DNA of 64,000 bases from Cercozoa sp. M6MM (Eukaryota > Protista > Endomyxa: Ascetosporea). The notes beneath the pieces are model-generated. The model did not search any database. It worked only from the letters and a program-made list of their open reading frames with translations, and was not told where the DNA came from. The position numbers and the translations under genes are program-made. Location of the stretch: the NCBI GenBank assembly GCA_040357565.1, contig JBDODJ010000002.1; one strand, written 5' to 3'. Shown in pieces: positions 49,058 through 62,072 of the stretch. Within the stretch, counting starts at the first letter, position 1. Every line of letters begins with the position of its first letter.

Positions 49058-51200
49058 ACACACAATACACAATCGCAGAAAGACAAACCTACATGCAATT
49101 GTCCAAAAGAAGCGTCGAGCAACCATAGACGACGATAGTGCAGTGTCTTGTGTGGCGACTGAATTAGCTTCTTGTCATCTAGTGTGCTATCAAGCACACA
49201 AAGCCAGTACAACAGGCACCCCTCTCGACAGCAAAGAGAAGTCTTACGTGAAATCTTCGTAGTGTTGATCACCATGCACAACTTTGTTTTGACCGTCACC
49301 AGTGGGGGCGCTGTTACGGGTGCTAACACGCTGTAATTGCACGTCGAACGACTTCGTCTGTGCAGAAATTTAAATAAGATGATAAATAATGCTGATATGA
49401 TATCAGTGTACAATGACAGAGGCGGCAGAAGGTAGAAGCTCCATCGACGGCACTCGCTGCCTGTGAGTTGGTGGCTCGCCTCGTCCGCTCTATGCACAGA
49501 CGCGTCGGTATTTTACTGAGCACGGAAGTGCACGGATGAATGAGTGTACAGCGGTCGGTGTCAACAAGGGCGAGCGCAGCAACGATCGATGCGACACGGG
49601 CGCCGTTTTTCCCGTACGACTCGGCGAACCACACAGGTTTACAGAGGATAGTTCGTCATCATCCAAAATCGGCGTATCGAACAGGTCTGCGTAGAAGCGT
49701 TTTAATGGATATTGCACACAAGACAATGATGTACCAAAGTCCTCGTGATTGATGTCGTCACGCTCGACAACTGTGTTGGCCTGCGCGCAAAATACAGCGA
49801 GCAGGATACAGATGATATGTCGGGTACCAGCGAAATCAACGAAGCAGACGGCGCCGTCAATGACAACGAAAGCGACGAAGGTGCACGTGACTGAGCAGGT
49901 GGCAAAGGCGGCGGCGGTGTCGTTGGGGCCTTTGGGAGCGTCGCTGATAGTTTCATTGGCACTTGTTGCGGTGTCTGCGGGCGCGACGGTGGCGTCGATT
50001 GCGGTCCTACAGCATGGCGGACGGCAGAGTCACTCTACTCTCATGGCACATCATTTCCTGCTGTAAGGTGTACCTAGAGAAAGCCGCGATGTGTGAGGCC
50101 GCAATTCTCGTGATATCGTCGGCGGAAACCTGGGCAGAGTGAGCACCAACTACGAAGAGGAGGTGGGGACCAACAATTTTGCGCAGGTGTACCGGTAGTC
50201 GGCAGATGCGCGGCAAGGCATGTCTTCGAGCACGTAGTCCTTCGGTGGTTGCGACATCTCCTCGCAATCAGAGCGCAACGCATGTAGCGTGTGCACAGCA
50301 TCACCCTGCAGATTTCTCAAATACACGAAATGGACACGCACTTAGGCACTACACAAAACTGAGACAATACCAGCAAACGGCGCACTTGAATGTCAGTTGT
50401 GTCTGTGTAGTAACGTCGGATTACACACCTCCGCAGGTAAAAAGACATACCAATCTGAGCGATATACTGCATCACCGCGTCCAATTGATTTCGCAGACGC
50501 TGGAATCGCTGCCTGCATGCCGACGATGTGAGTCATGCTCGTTTCAGGCTTACACAGAAAATAAGAACCGAAAAATGTCGTTCGCGGCGTCTTGCACACG
50601 CGAGGCAAAGCTGATCGGTATGTGCAAGTCTTCGTCCATACATGAGACTTGTTTCTATGCCAGGAGGCTACCATTACCAAAGCTGGCCACAACTGAGAGA
50701 AAGTGTACCTTTCGCAGATCGTCGCATTCATACTTGAGCGCAGTTTCGCGTGTCAGGGCTGACGTTAGTTCGCGTTGAAGTGCCTGCAATCAACGTCGCA
50801 TACGCTGAGCGCTAAAAATAGATCAAAATACCTCATTCTCCAAGACTAATGCCCCGATAGCTTCGGCGTCCGAATGCAGCTCACCTAAATTGACACAGAA
50901 ATTCCACGTTTCTACCAGCATGCCTACTTGGAGTACAATTGTTCTGAACGAACACAATAGTTGTACCTGGTATGCCTTCAGTTCGTGTAGAAACACGCAT
51001 AAAGCGAGAGAATGCGTTGCGGCATTGCTGCGCTGACAGTGCCAACGTGTCTGGCGCCTCCATCTGCATAGATGCTCTGCATAAAAACCAGAATCGAGGA
51101 AAAATGACACAGCGTGCACTATCTCATGCACAACCAGTATGCAGCGTACATAGAGAGTGCGAGACCGCACTGGCACAGCCTCGTAGAGTCTCTAAGCAAC
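44929..51200 (-). CDS. Large multi-exon protein with C-terminal RGS domain preceded by beta-propeller-like repeats (5' end approximate)
   Basis: LSLDDVL...LQRFVRRSLCAENLLFLKEC...AARKIVQKFILPSA...VNLP...DVLPRFFRSTEF is an RGS domain. Upstream strand-rich segments (VVVATALGSVLVFS, TLCVTTNKGHVLLYR, DALVVYD) look WD40-like. Confidence 0.65.
46460..46598. repeat. Intronic purine-rich minisatellite (GAAAACAAGAGGGTAGGAGGA-type units)
   Basis: Repeated GGAGAAAACAA cores with a 21-bp unit in tandem. Confidence 0.75.
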
Positions 51201-51439
51201 AGCTGTGGTTTGTTCAAGGATCAACTTTCAACGGTTGTAGCGACCGGGCTCAGCGTTTGGAACCACTGAGCGGGCAATCTTGATTTTTTTATTCCGTTCG
51301 TTCTGCTGACGTCAACATCGTGTAACCAGTATAAAGAACCGCATAGTACAAACGAAATGCGAATGTTTCATCTATTCGATGCAAGTATCAGTCTGGTTGG
51401 CTTCCATCAGTCAAGCCACTTTTCTCCGGCAAAAGCGGC

Positions 51440-51748
51440 TCATCTTTCAAGGCTGACGGCGTCAGCCAGCACGTCAAAGTGCAGGGCCGGGCGCTGGCGC
51501 TCCTGCACACACACGGTCCAGTTCAAAACAAAACAGCGGGCTAGGGAACTCGAAATACCAAGCGTCGTTCGAAAGCAGACGCCACACGAAGACACAGGTC
51601 CTCGCGCCAGTGGTCAGCCATGACCTGCTTGCAGAACACGTATTGATTTTCATGGGAAGCTATCAATGCTTGAGTGGTATACCTGTAGGGCAATGGGAAC
51701 ACCAGTACTTTCGTCATACGCGACGGGAAAGGTGATGCCTGGCACACC

Positions 51749-51801
<53 letters not shown>

Positions 51802-53205
51802 TCCACACATTTGATCACTTGAAACAGTGGGGTGCGCAAGATACAGTGAAGTTGGCCCACTGCGCGAATTTCATGACCTCGCCTGTTTTGGTCACGTCCG
51901 ATGCACTTCACGCCACAACGAAATACACCACGTATATGGACAATTCAGTCGACAAATCAGGGTGGTACAGGTTGTTGGGACAGTTAGGGTAGGCAGGAGG
52001 CATGACGCCAGAAGCAGGTGTCACAATGACGTCACATTCCTCAGCGAACAAACGCATCGCATCCTTCATGCACCGATCGCGAACACGCTGCGCCTGTCCG
52101 ACATATTTCGCATCGACGCTGCGCAAGGCACCTAAACAAGGAACGTACCTGAATGTAACTCACAGCATCGGCTTGTTCGGCAAGAGAGAGAATGATGCGC
52201 GACGTTGGGTTCATGCGCCACTTCTACTCCTCCAACAGCACAATCGGCACCCATCAGTGTTACAACAGGGCAGCACGAATGATACGTTGGCAGCAAACTC
52301 GGGCAAACCAGAAACAGCAGCGCGCATCTCGGTGATGATTGTCAGCGTGTGCGCGATCCGCGACTAATTTTGAAACGGTTGTAGCATATTATATTAGTAC
52401 GTAGTTAGAGGGACTACCAATGGGATATCACGCATACGAATAGGCACAATCGTGGCACCTAGGTCACGAAGCGACTCGATTGATTGCGCGAACGCCGTTT
52501 TTGTCGTCCTAAAGTCATTGAAAGAGTACACAGATCCACAAAAAGATCGTAAAACACACTCGCAAACGACGTCGTTGGTCCAATCCTCGAAAACGCCAAC
52601 ACGCAGACCTTCAAGTGACGTCTTCAAACAGGGTAATGCACGCATAAACGAAGCTGCACGGCCACAAAAAGATTCGTGTACTGTGAGGGTGTGAAACGGA
52701 GACGGCGCCACCAGTCCGTGTCGGTCGCCGTCAGTTTCATCGGGAGCACCTTTCGCCAGGAAGGCATACGCGATGGCAGCATCGCTTGCCGTGGCACACA
52801 GGGCGCATACCAGGGTAGCGTATAACATGCACTCTCGTACAAACCACAAACCAAGATACCAGCATGTCCGATCGTCCATGCGACGTGGAAGCTCGAGGTT
52901 CCGTCAATGCGACCGAAAGTTGCCTACCCAAAGCTGCCCTGCGTTTTATACAGAGTGGAAATAAATTCACCTTCAGCCCGACACCTCCACAGAACGCAGC
53001 AGGCAGACGAATGCTACCTCCGCCGTCACAGCCTGTGATAGTGTTTCTTATGGATACATCGTGGAATTACCCACGTCGTACCAATGGCAAGTGGAACGAG
53101 GCCGGCCGCCACCGCTGACGCACTGCCGCTGCTGCTACCCGCCGTGTCGTGATTCAAATTGTACGGATTCCGACAGGTGCCGTAACCTGTGCGTGGTGTG
53201 TGTAT

Positions 53206-53259
<54 letters not shown>

Positions 53260-54276
53260 GTACAGCCATTAGCGATACAGATAAACGAACGCACCTTCAT
53301 TCCAGTTGGCTCCGGTGACACCAACGCCAATCTCTACTCAAACAGCGTTTTGTGCGCGCTAAGTCAAACACACAGCGCGAGTCTTACCATGCATGTTGGA
53401 AACTCCGACGACGACAGCTCCAGCAGCCTTAAGTCGTGCAACAGCGTCGCAGTCAACGGTGGCAGCAACATTTTCGTTAATCCACGCAGTTCCTTGCTTT
53501 GTCGGGAAACCTTCAACGTCAAGTTCGTTCTTGCAGGCCACGGGCACACCATCAAGAATGGACAGCGGCTCCCCACGCTTCCATCGCTCTGCACTCTGTC
53601 GTGCCGCCTGCAGCGTCGCTTCTTCTCGCGTCATCACGATGGCACTACAGGGACACTCTGATAAAGATTCAAACCCAGTCAAAACGCGGTTACCGCAAAG
53701 CCGGTCTGTCTTCAGTCGCGTTATTGCTCGCACGGACGGCAGCAAGTACAGCCTGCGCCACCTGGAGAGGTGTCGTCTTGCCCTCACGGTATGCCGCGTG
53801 GAACTGTGCAATCGTAGTGAAGCGGAAGCCAACCTCATCAGAAGCCGCACCCTGCTCGTCGTTCACATAGGACTCGATCATGCTGTTCATGGCAAAAAAG
53901 ACTCAGCCGCACAGTAAACAGGTAACGTCATGAAGCGAGAACGGACTCATCACGCGACACGCCGTTGTTCAGCGCGGCGAAGTCTTGGTGCTTCTGCTCT
54001 TGCGGGTGACGCCACGGGTAGAACACGGGCTCTTCGCGCGATAATTGCACTCCTTTCAACACCGTGAAGCCGTTCTTGCTGTACAAAGAGCCTTGTACCT
54101 GCTCGATTCAATCAGGCAGATGAGATGATGAACTGGCATGTTTGTAGTTGTCTCAAGCTTACACCACCGCTTCGTTCAGCAACCGCAGCGAAAGAGCGCA
54201 GCATCCAACCACTTAGAACAGGCGCACTGAAGCGTTTTGGCTCATAGTCATAGCTTTTATCACCGTCACCGGTCAT
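51440..54276 (-). CDS. Amidase-signature enzyme, fatty acid amide hydrolase-like (plant/protist FAAH type)
   Basis: PLSILDGVPVACKNELDV (catalytic Lys), RNPYNLNHDTAGSSSGSASAVAAG, GCDGGGSIRLPAAFCG (nucleophile Ser), FMAHWREDLCLRVA-like C-terminal block; N-terminal APVLSGWML...EEPVFYP extension. Confidence 0.9.
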
Positions 54277-54638
54277 AGTTTTTCGTGGTCGCGACACTGC
54301 AATCAAAAAATGATCATATGTACTATAATGAGCAAACTTTGCCAATTTATCAAGCTTGTGCACCTAGATAGCACTTACAGTGCCAGTGTACTGTTGCAGT
54401 GTCGCGATAGTATGTGCCAGCGTACTGTATTGCAAAAATCCATGCACGGGTTCTTTGCATCGGCTCAGAGCCGGAACTGTGGAGCTGACAGATCCAGTCC
54501 GGAAAACAGCTCCAGCGGCTGCAGCTAACACGCCCGTTGTGTGTGTGTGGGAAGTAGTCTTTGTTTCTGCAGCTGTGGGCACTTGGAGAAAGAAGGGCAC
54601 CAAGCTGTTGATTCGACCGGCACTGGCAGCGAGGAGAG

Positions 54639-55876
54639 ATGCGATCACAGCGGCGCAAGCAGCAGCGTGCCGCCCTTGAGCGCATGCGAAAGGACCGCAA
54701 CGACGATGAAGAGGATGATGGGCTTGATTTCGAGGTATGTAGTGAAATTGCGAGCAACAGGCATGCGTGCAGGAATAATACACACTCGTGCAGGTTGAAG
54801 AGACCTCGTTGTTTGAGGATCGTGCTGTCGTAGATGATTCAAGTGGAGGCATGATCAATGGCGCGAATGATTTGGACGATTTTGTTGCCAATGATGGAGA
54901 TCGTGCTGGCTACGGCCGCGAGTGTGACGATGATGTCGTCACCGACATCAAGGCGCAACGCCGCGAGCTCAAGCGACGCGAGCAGGAGCAAAAGCGCATC
55001 AAGGCGCAGCAGCGTGCAGTTGAGCGCAAGAAGAAACAGCAGGCTGAGGCACTTGCTCGTCGTCGTGCTTTCCAGACCCGCTCCGATGCTCCTTCGGTCA
55101 AGGTGCATTGTACTTTTAGGTGCTTTTTTGCCGCTGCGTTTTGAGATGTATTGTTCAACAGCGGGTGTCAAGCAAGTCTGCAGCCACAACAGACGATTTG
55201 ATGGCGTCGCTGCTGAACTTTAGCAGTGCGAGCGAGTCGAAACCCAAGTACAAACGCCGCAAGAAAAAGACGTCGCGTGCTACTTCTCACGAGGTGGCCG
55301 CCGAAACGGACAGTGTCGATAGCGCCAAGCAGAAGGTAGAGGATAAGGAACGCGTTCGGTTCGTCGAAGATGGCGAAGAACGCATGCGCGAGGCGCAACA
55401 GCAACTCGAGGCTGAAAAAGATGCAACCGAGCTCACGTTTGGTCGATCCAGCGACACAGCGTCGCCTCAGGTGGAAGAAACGACGTTGGTTGATGACAAT
55501 TCCATGGACGACGATGCCGTTGAGTCGTCGGACGACGAGGAAGAACAGGAGTTCGTGGCTGATGAAAATGCGACACGATTCTTCTGGTTGGACGCGTACG
55601 AGGACCCTGCGTCGCGGCGCGGTATCATCTGGCTGTTCGGTAAGGTCCTGGCGCCAGGTGCCACTGAGGTGCAAAACGCCGTCGTGCAGGTGCACGGCCT
55701 TAACCGACAGATGTACTTCCTGCCACGCGACGGTTTTTCTGTACTCTCTCCTCCCCATTTGACTTCTGCACAGTGTAACCACTTGTGTTTATTGTATACG
55801 CAGACGGCAGATGTGCGTGCGGAAGTTGACATGCTGCGACGTCAGTGGGGCGCCACTAAGTTTGGTAAGCACATAC

Positions 55877-55970
<94 letters not shown>

Positions 55971-58900
55971 ACACGTATATCTCGCAGGAACCAAGACGGT
56001 GAAGTTGCGCTACAGTTTCGCCGAACACAGCGTCGAGGAGGGCGATAATGGTGTGCCTGAAGTGGCGACGTATCTCATGGCGCAGCTTCCGTTCACCGCA
56101 CGTGTGCCTCGTGGTACCAACCGACCTAGTATGCTGATAAACCAAGTATTTGAGGCGACATGAGACATGATATAGGCCCAACGGGTCGAAGTTTCCGTCG
56201 CTGCTTTGGCTCGCGTGCCTCGGCAACCGAGTCGCTGGTGCTGCAGCGAGACCTGCGCGGCCCTTGCTGGCTGCAGCTGCGCGCGCCCTGCCCACCGAAG
56301 AAACGCACATGCCCATCTGAAGTTGTCGAAATGCAGGTACTCACTCCGGCGCATTGACTTTTACCGTATCTGTCGTTTTCTGGTAGGTCGAGGCCAGAGA
56401 CATCCATCGCATTCCATTGAACGAGGCTCCCGAAGCTCCGACGTTGTCTGTACAAACACACAAACGCACGCACGAGCACCTAAATGACTTGAGACTGTAG
56501 GTGGTGTCGATCTCGATGCAAACCCTGAAGGGCGAAGTGGTGTTGGCCGCACTGACGGCGATGGATGACGTGCGCGCTGATGCACCAACAAACCCGAAGG
56601 GTACATTGTAGATTCGTGGTTGTGGGGCATGTGATCTGTGGTAAGTCCATTCGTAGGCGCAAGCTTGATTCGAGACTCGCTGGTGCTTGCACGCAAATTG
56701 TCGCATCCCAAGACCAAGGTATCAGCATCTCCCGTTGATACGTGCACTTATTTGTTTTTGTCGCCTTTATGCTTATTTGCTTTTGTAGGCGAGTTTGCCA
56801 TTCCCGAAGGGCTTTTTTGGTCGTCTGAAAGAGCAGCTCAAGGTACTCTGGATGTGTTACGCTGAACTCGTAGAAGAGGGGTGTAGGGCGGCAAGGCAGG
56901 TGCGGTCAAGTGTGTCGACACGGAGGCACAGCTTTTGCAAGGTAGGTGGCTCTTCCTAACGTTGCTATCGGTACCTGACTCCTGTTGGTGTAGCATTGGT
57001 GGACGCCATTGCGTCGCGTGATCCCGATGTCCTCATCGCACATGACTTGCACGGTACCACGCTGTCTCTGTGCTGTCTTTCTGTATGTGTCTGCAGAGTC
57101 AGTGATGCGCCGCTTGTTCGCGCGCCTAAGTGCATGTGCTAGAGGCACCTCACTCGCACAGAAATGGGTGCGTTTTTTTTTTTTGCACCGTTGTTCGTGT
57201 CTTTGACCGTGTTTGTACTTGCATCTGTATTGATGTCATCGATGGTTTTGTAGAGTCGTATTGGTCGCTTGAATCGCGCCAAGTTCCCTCAGGGTACATC
57301 TGCTGACTTGTTGCCATTCTTCATCTTTATTTTTCGTCTCTATTTTTCGTCTACTTCTAATGGATAGGTGCTGACCGTCCAGGTCGTCAGTTTTCGCGTC
57401 TACAGTGGATCGCTGGACGACTGCTTCTTGACACCGAGGTGCTTGTGTCCTCCCCTCCCGTTTCTAATGCCCATGTTGCGGTTGGTTGTCTTCAGGTTTC
57501 GTCACGCGAGTTACTGCCGTCGAAGAGAGAATACTCACTCGACTTTCTTGCCACTGATCAGAAGGTGTTCTTCGATTGAATTTGGTGGGATTGGTGGGTG
57601 AAGATTCCGTGCAACACGCTCAGGTGCTGGAGTACTTGCATCTGCCCAAATCTCAAGAGAAACAATTGCGTGACTTCAATCGTCACATTGCCACTGTATT
57701 TTTCGCATTAATCTTGTGTTTGTTTTGTCTCTGGGTCTTTGTCTGTCCGTTTGTGTCTGTGTGCATGTTGTTTGTACGCGTACACTTGTCTAGATCAACG
57801 ACGGTAAGCTGATCCGCGCGTACCACGAGAACAAGGGCGAAATGCTGGCCTTCTTGTGCGGCATTGTGCGGAGCAGCGCCGTTTCCTCGCTCGGTCTGGC
57901 TTTGCGGTTGCAGATTTTGCCGCTAACCAAGCAACTCACTTCCCTGTATTCCCTGTCTACTCAACTCTGCCTACGTCTCTGCGTTTACATCTACTCATCC
58001 TCTCCCTGTGTATGCTCCTTTTTGCTTTTTTGGCAGTTGCGGCAATGTATGGCAGCGCTCACTGGCATCACAACGTGCCGAACGAAACGAGTTTTTGTTG
58101 TTGCATGCACTGAAGTCGGATTGGGTAGCTAAATTTCGACTGTTTGCTCTCTCTTTTGCCAGAGACCGTTGCGCAGGCCAAAGAATTGGCGAAAACCAAC
58201 GACGATTCGGTGCAGGGCTTCCTACCTCCTGGTACACTGTGTGCATCTTCTGACGACGGACTACGCATGATATGGTCTGCACATGCAGAAAAATACAATA
58301 TGAAGGAACGAACCGAACGGTTACGCAAGCTGGGCAAGGTATCGTCATCTTAGTTTGTTGATGTTCATCTTTAGTGATGTATTTGTCCCAGGTTATGGAC
58401 GACAAGGAAGCCAAGGGACAACGGCGCCGACGTGCGCAGTACAAGGGTTATTTCTTTTTTGTGTTGTCTGATGATTGCTTGTGTGGGTTACTGACAATAC
58501 CGTGGCTTAGGTGGCTTCGTGCTTGAGCCTGAACGAGGTCACTACGACCGAGTCACCGTCTTGCTCGATTTCAATTCGCTCTACCCTTCGGTATCGTCAG
58601 TTCTTGCTTTTAACCCATGCCCTATATGCTTTGGCCGCAGGTCATTCGTGAGTTCAACATTGACTTCACTACTGTCGCCCACTGGGCACACAATCATTCG
58701 GAGGAAGGCGACGACAGCGATGCGCTGCCCGAGAAGCCAAAGACAGGACAGGCTGAGGTGGATTCTTGGATGCGCTAGATTGCGATGTGGTCGTGCTTTC
58801 GCGACTTTGACTTGTTTTGTTTGGTAGGGCATTTTGCCGCGCGTGCTGGCGAAACTATTACGCGAGCGTGCTGCCGTCAAGGACGCCATGAAGAAGGTGA

Positions 58901-59662
58901 TTTCCTGCCCTGTCTGGAAATGCTGTGTCTAGGGGATTTATCATATAGGAAAAGGATGAAACACGCAAGGGCATCCAAAACGTACGGCAGCTGGCGTTGA
59001 AACTGGTATGATTAGTCTGTTTCGCCGATGAACTCGCTTTTCGAAACTACTATCCTCCGCTTGAGTCCAGGTGTGCAACTCGATGTATGGTACACTGGGT
59101 TTCCCTGCGTCGCGTTTCTGCTGCAAGCCGCTTGCCGCGCTCATCACTGCGGAGGGTATCTGGCCTTGAGAACACACACACACATACACACACACACATA
59201 CACACACACATACACACGCACGGTGTGCGCAGGTCGTGAGGCCATTCAAACGGCGAAGCGTGTCGCTGAGGAGCTCGATCTGACGGACGTTGTGAAGCGA
59301 TACCAGTCGTCCAGCGGTATCATGTGTTTTGGAACCATTTCTCTTTCAACACGAGTTGGTGTGTTTAGCTGGGTCTGTGTCGAGTGGTCGGTGTCGGGTT
59401 ATCTATGGCGATACTGATTCGATCATGGTCCATATGGATACACACAGGTGCGCTTAGCTAGGATTTGTACCAGAACAGAGTTTATTTGTGCAGTGTGCCA
59501 CTCGCATTGGCGATGGCACGTCGCATCCAGCAACAAATCAACCGTCAATACAGCAAGATGTACCTGGACGTGGACTACATCTTCCGTCGTCTTCTCTTGT
59601 ACGCCAAGAAGAGGTACCGTCTGCTCAGTCAGGAGGCTTGCTTTTTGTGTTTGCGGCTTGCT

Positions 59663-59693
<31 letters not shown>

Positions 59694-60886
59694 GTGTGTG
59701 TGTGTGTGTGTGTATGTGTGTGTGTGTGTGTATGTGTATGTGTGTGTGTGTAGATACGCCGGCCTGAAGGTCAACGAGAAGGGCGAATTCGAGGCCCTCG
59801 ACATGAAGGGACTCGACATAGTGCGACGTGACTGGTGCGGACTCACAAAGCGACTCGGCATGCGCCTGCTTAACGAAGTCTTTGCATGCGATCCTAGCAA
59901 GAAGTACCTTTTTCGTGTACATGCTTGTTTTCCTTACCCTTCTTCCCCTCGTAGAACACTGAAGGAAGAGCCCGACTTGGAGAGTGCCGTGACATGTATC
60001 CACGCCATGCTGACAAAAGCGCGGGTATTAATGTTTGTGGGTGTCTTGGAACAACCTCGGGACGCTGTGCGCAGGAAGAGCTGGAGAAACGCGAAGTGCC
60101 ACCATCGCTGCTGGCAGTGCGCCGTGGTATCAACAAGCGGCCCGACGAGTACACGGACGCACACCGGCAGCCGCATGTGCAGGTACTTGCCATGTGTTGG
60201 AGTATCGGCGAATATTGTGTGTATGTGTACGCTCGAAGGTGGCAATGAGACTTATCAAGCAAGGCGACAGCGTGAAACGTGGCGATCCCATTCCGTACAT
60301 CATCTGCAAGGAGTACGCACACGAAGTCTACAAGACGCAAGCGCCGAAGAAACTCGATGAAAACAATGTCGCTCTCCGTGCCTTCCATCCAAAGGAGGTA
60401 TTTTGTCTTCTGTATTTCCGTCTGTGACTGTGTATATCTCATGGTTATCGCGCCGCAGGTGCTGGCCAAGTCACTGACGGTTGATATTGACTATTACGCC
60501 GAGCACCAGATCCTGCCGCCAATTGCTCGTCTCTTGCATGTATTTAATCACGCTTACTTCTTCCCCTGCGCTTCTTGGTCTAGTTTTTGTCTGCGTCGTG
60601 TAGCCGCTGATGCAACCACCGCTGCAGTACACGTCAATGGCACAAGTACTTCTGTTCTTTTCGGTTGTTTGTATAGTCTCTATCCCAGTTTTGTGTATCA
60701 GGTGGCTGAGTGTCTCAAGATTGCCGAGGACAAGTACGCTCAGATGGACGCTAACATGAGCTCGGCATCTTTCTTGTATACGTAGGTAGGCGTTTGTTTG
60801 TTTCTTTACACTCCGTGTTTCAGGGACAGGCAGGTGCACAAGAAACCACTAACAGCGTGTTCATGGTACACCATGATAAAAATACC

Positions 60887-60947
<61 letters not shown>

Positions 60948-61917
60948 ATACAGGAAGCAGCATTCGACGACATGGCGTTGCGACAGTCTACGGCTCCGTT
61001 CATGGTGACACTGCCGCAGTCAAAGAAAACGATGCGGTTCCCTGAGATCTACGTCATGTCTGGCGACGGCTTTGAGACGAAGTACGAGATCGGTCTGGAC
61101 AAGTGCCCCGAAATTGCGGCGTTGCCTGTCACCTCGCTGCGGCTACAACTGCGGGTACAAGTATATCACCAAGCTTTTTCGGTATGCACGGGTTTAACGT
61201 TTCGCAGAAAACCGTACGGGAACTGCTTCAGCGGTTCATGCGCGGCGAGACACGCTGCGGTCGCTGCAATGTTATTTTCCGCATGGTACATTGATCTTGG
61301 GCCTAAAGTTTGGAGTTGATGGTGCGTGATAATGCGCTGTGATCGTCTAGAGTTCTATGACCGGTTCGTGTGAGCGCTGTGGTGGTGCTCTTGAGCGACC
61401 CGGTTTGGTATGCCCTGTGTGTGTGGTGTGGTGGTGGTGTGGTGGTGGTGGTGGTGCTGTGTGTTGTGCTATATCCTACCTTGCAGAGTGATATGGACTT
61501 GCGTATGCAACTGGAGGCCTGGGTCTCGCTCTTTGACCGTAGAAGCAACACACAGCAGATCATGCGTGCCAACAGTGTACGCCCTCTCCCTGCACACGCC
61601 TGGGTGTGTGTGTGTGTGTGTTTAATTGCTTCCAATTTTTTGCTTAGGAACGGCAGCAGCGAGGACACAGTGTGTTGGATGTGCCGAAGTTGTCGCCCCA
61701 GCAGGAGGTATCATCCCCGTTGTGTGATGTACACAGACAAGCATACACGCGCGTACTTTGCTAGAACTTGCTTGATGCGCTGCGCACTGAGGTGCAGCAG
61801 TTCCTCGACACATCCTATGCGAATCATATCAACAGGGGGTACCGATTCCTATGCAGTATGTTGTTTCTTGTCATTATTTGGCTGTGTAGTGTTTTCGCAC
61901 GTTACCTCGGTTTCTGA
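54639..61917 (+). CDS. POLA1: DNA polymerase alpha catalytic subunit
   Basis: DDFVAND-GYG N-terminus, FFWLDAYED...LFGKV, RAERNEFLLLHA, YKGGFVLEPERGHYD-LLDFNSLYPS (motif A), QLALKLVCNSMYG (motif B), VIYGDTDS (motif C), KKRYAGL, MKGLDIVRRDWC, DIDYYAEHQILPPIARL. Confidence 0.96.
55880..55966. repeat. (CT)n microsatellite in a POLA1 intron
   Basis: Direct inspection. Other intronic (GT)n/(CA)n tracts lie at about 48980-49060, 51752-51797, 53207-53255, 59171-59220, 59663-59751 and 60889-60945. Confidence 0.95.
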
Positions 61918-61966
61918 ACTCGCCTGACGCCCTGTGAACCAGCCGTTAGTTAGTTAGTTCTGTGTA

Positions 61967-62072
61967 CGGTGTGGAAACCAGTAACTATGGTATTGAAGAC
62001 GACTAAAGAAAGGAAGTAAAATGTCAGTTAGAATGGCGTCGATCGATGCGGAGGATTAGAAGACATACCCTT
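61967..62072. repeat. Second copy of the 44401-44502 repeat, abutting the LINE 5' end
   Basis: CGGTRTGGAAACCAGTAACT...GTCAGTTAGAATGGCGTCGAT...AGACATACCCTT is shared between the two loci. Confidence 0.88.
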
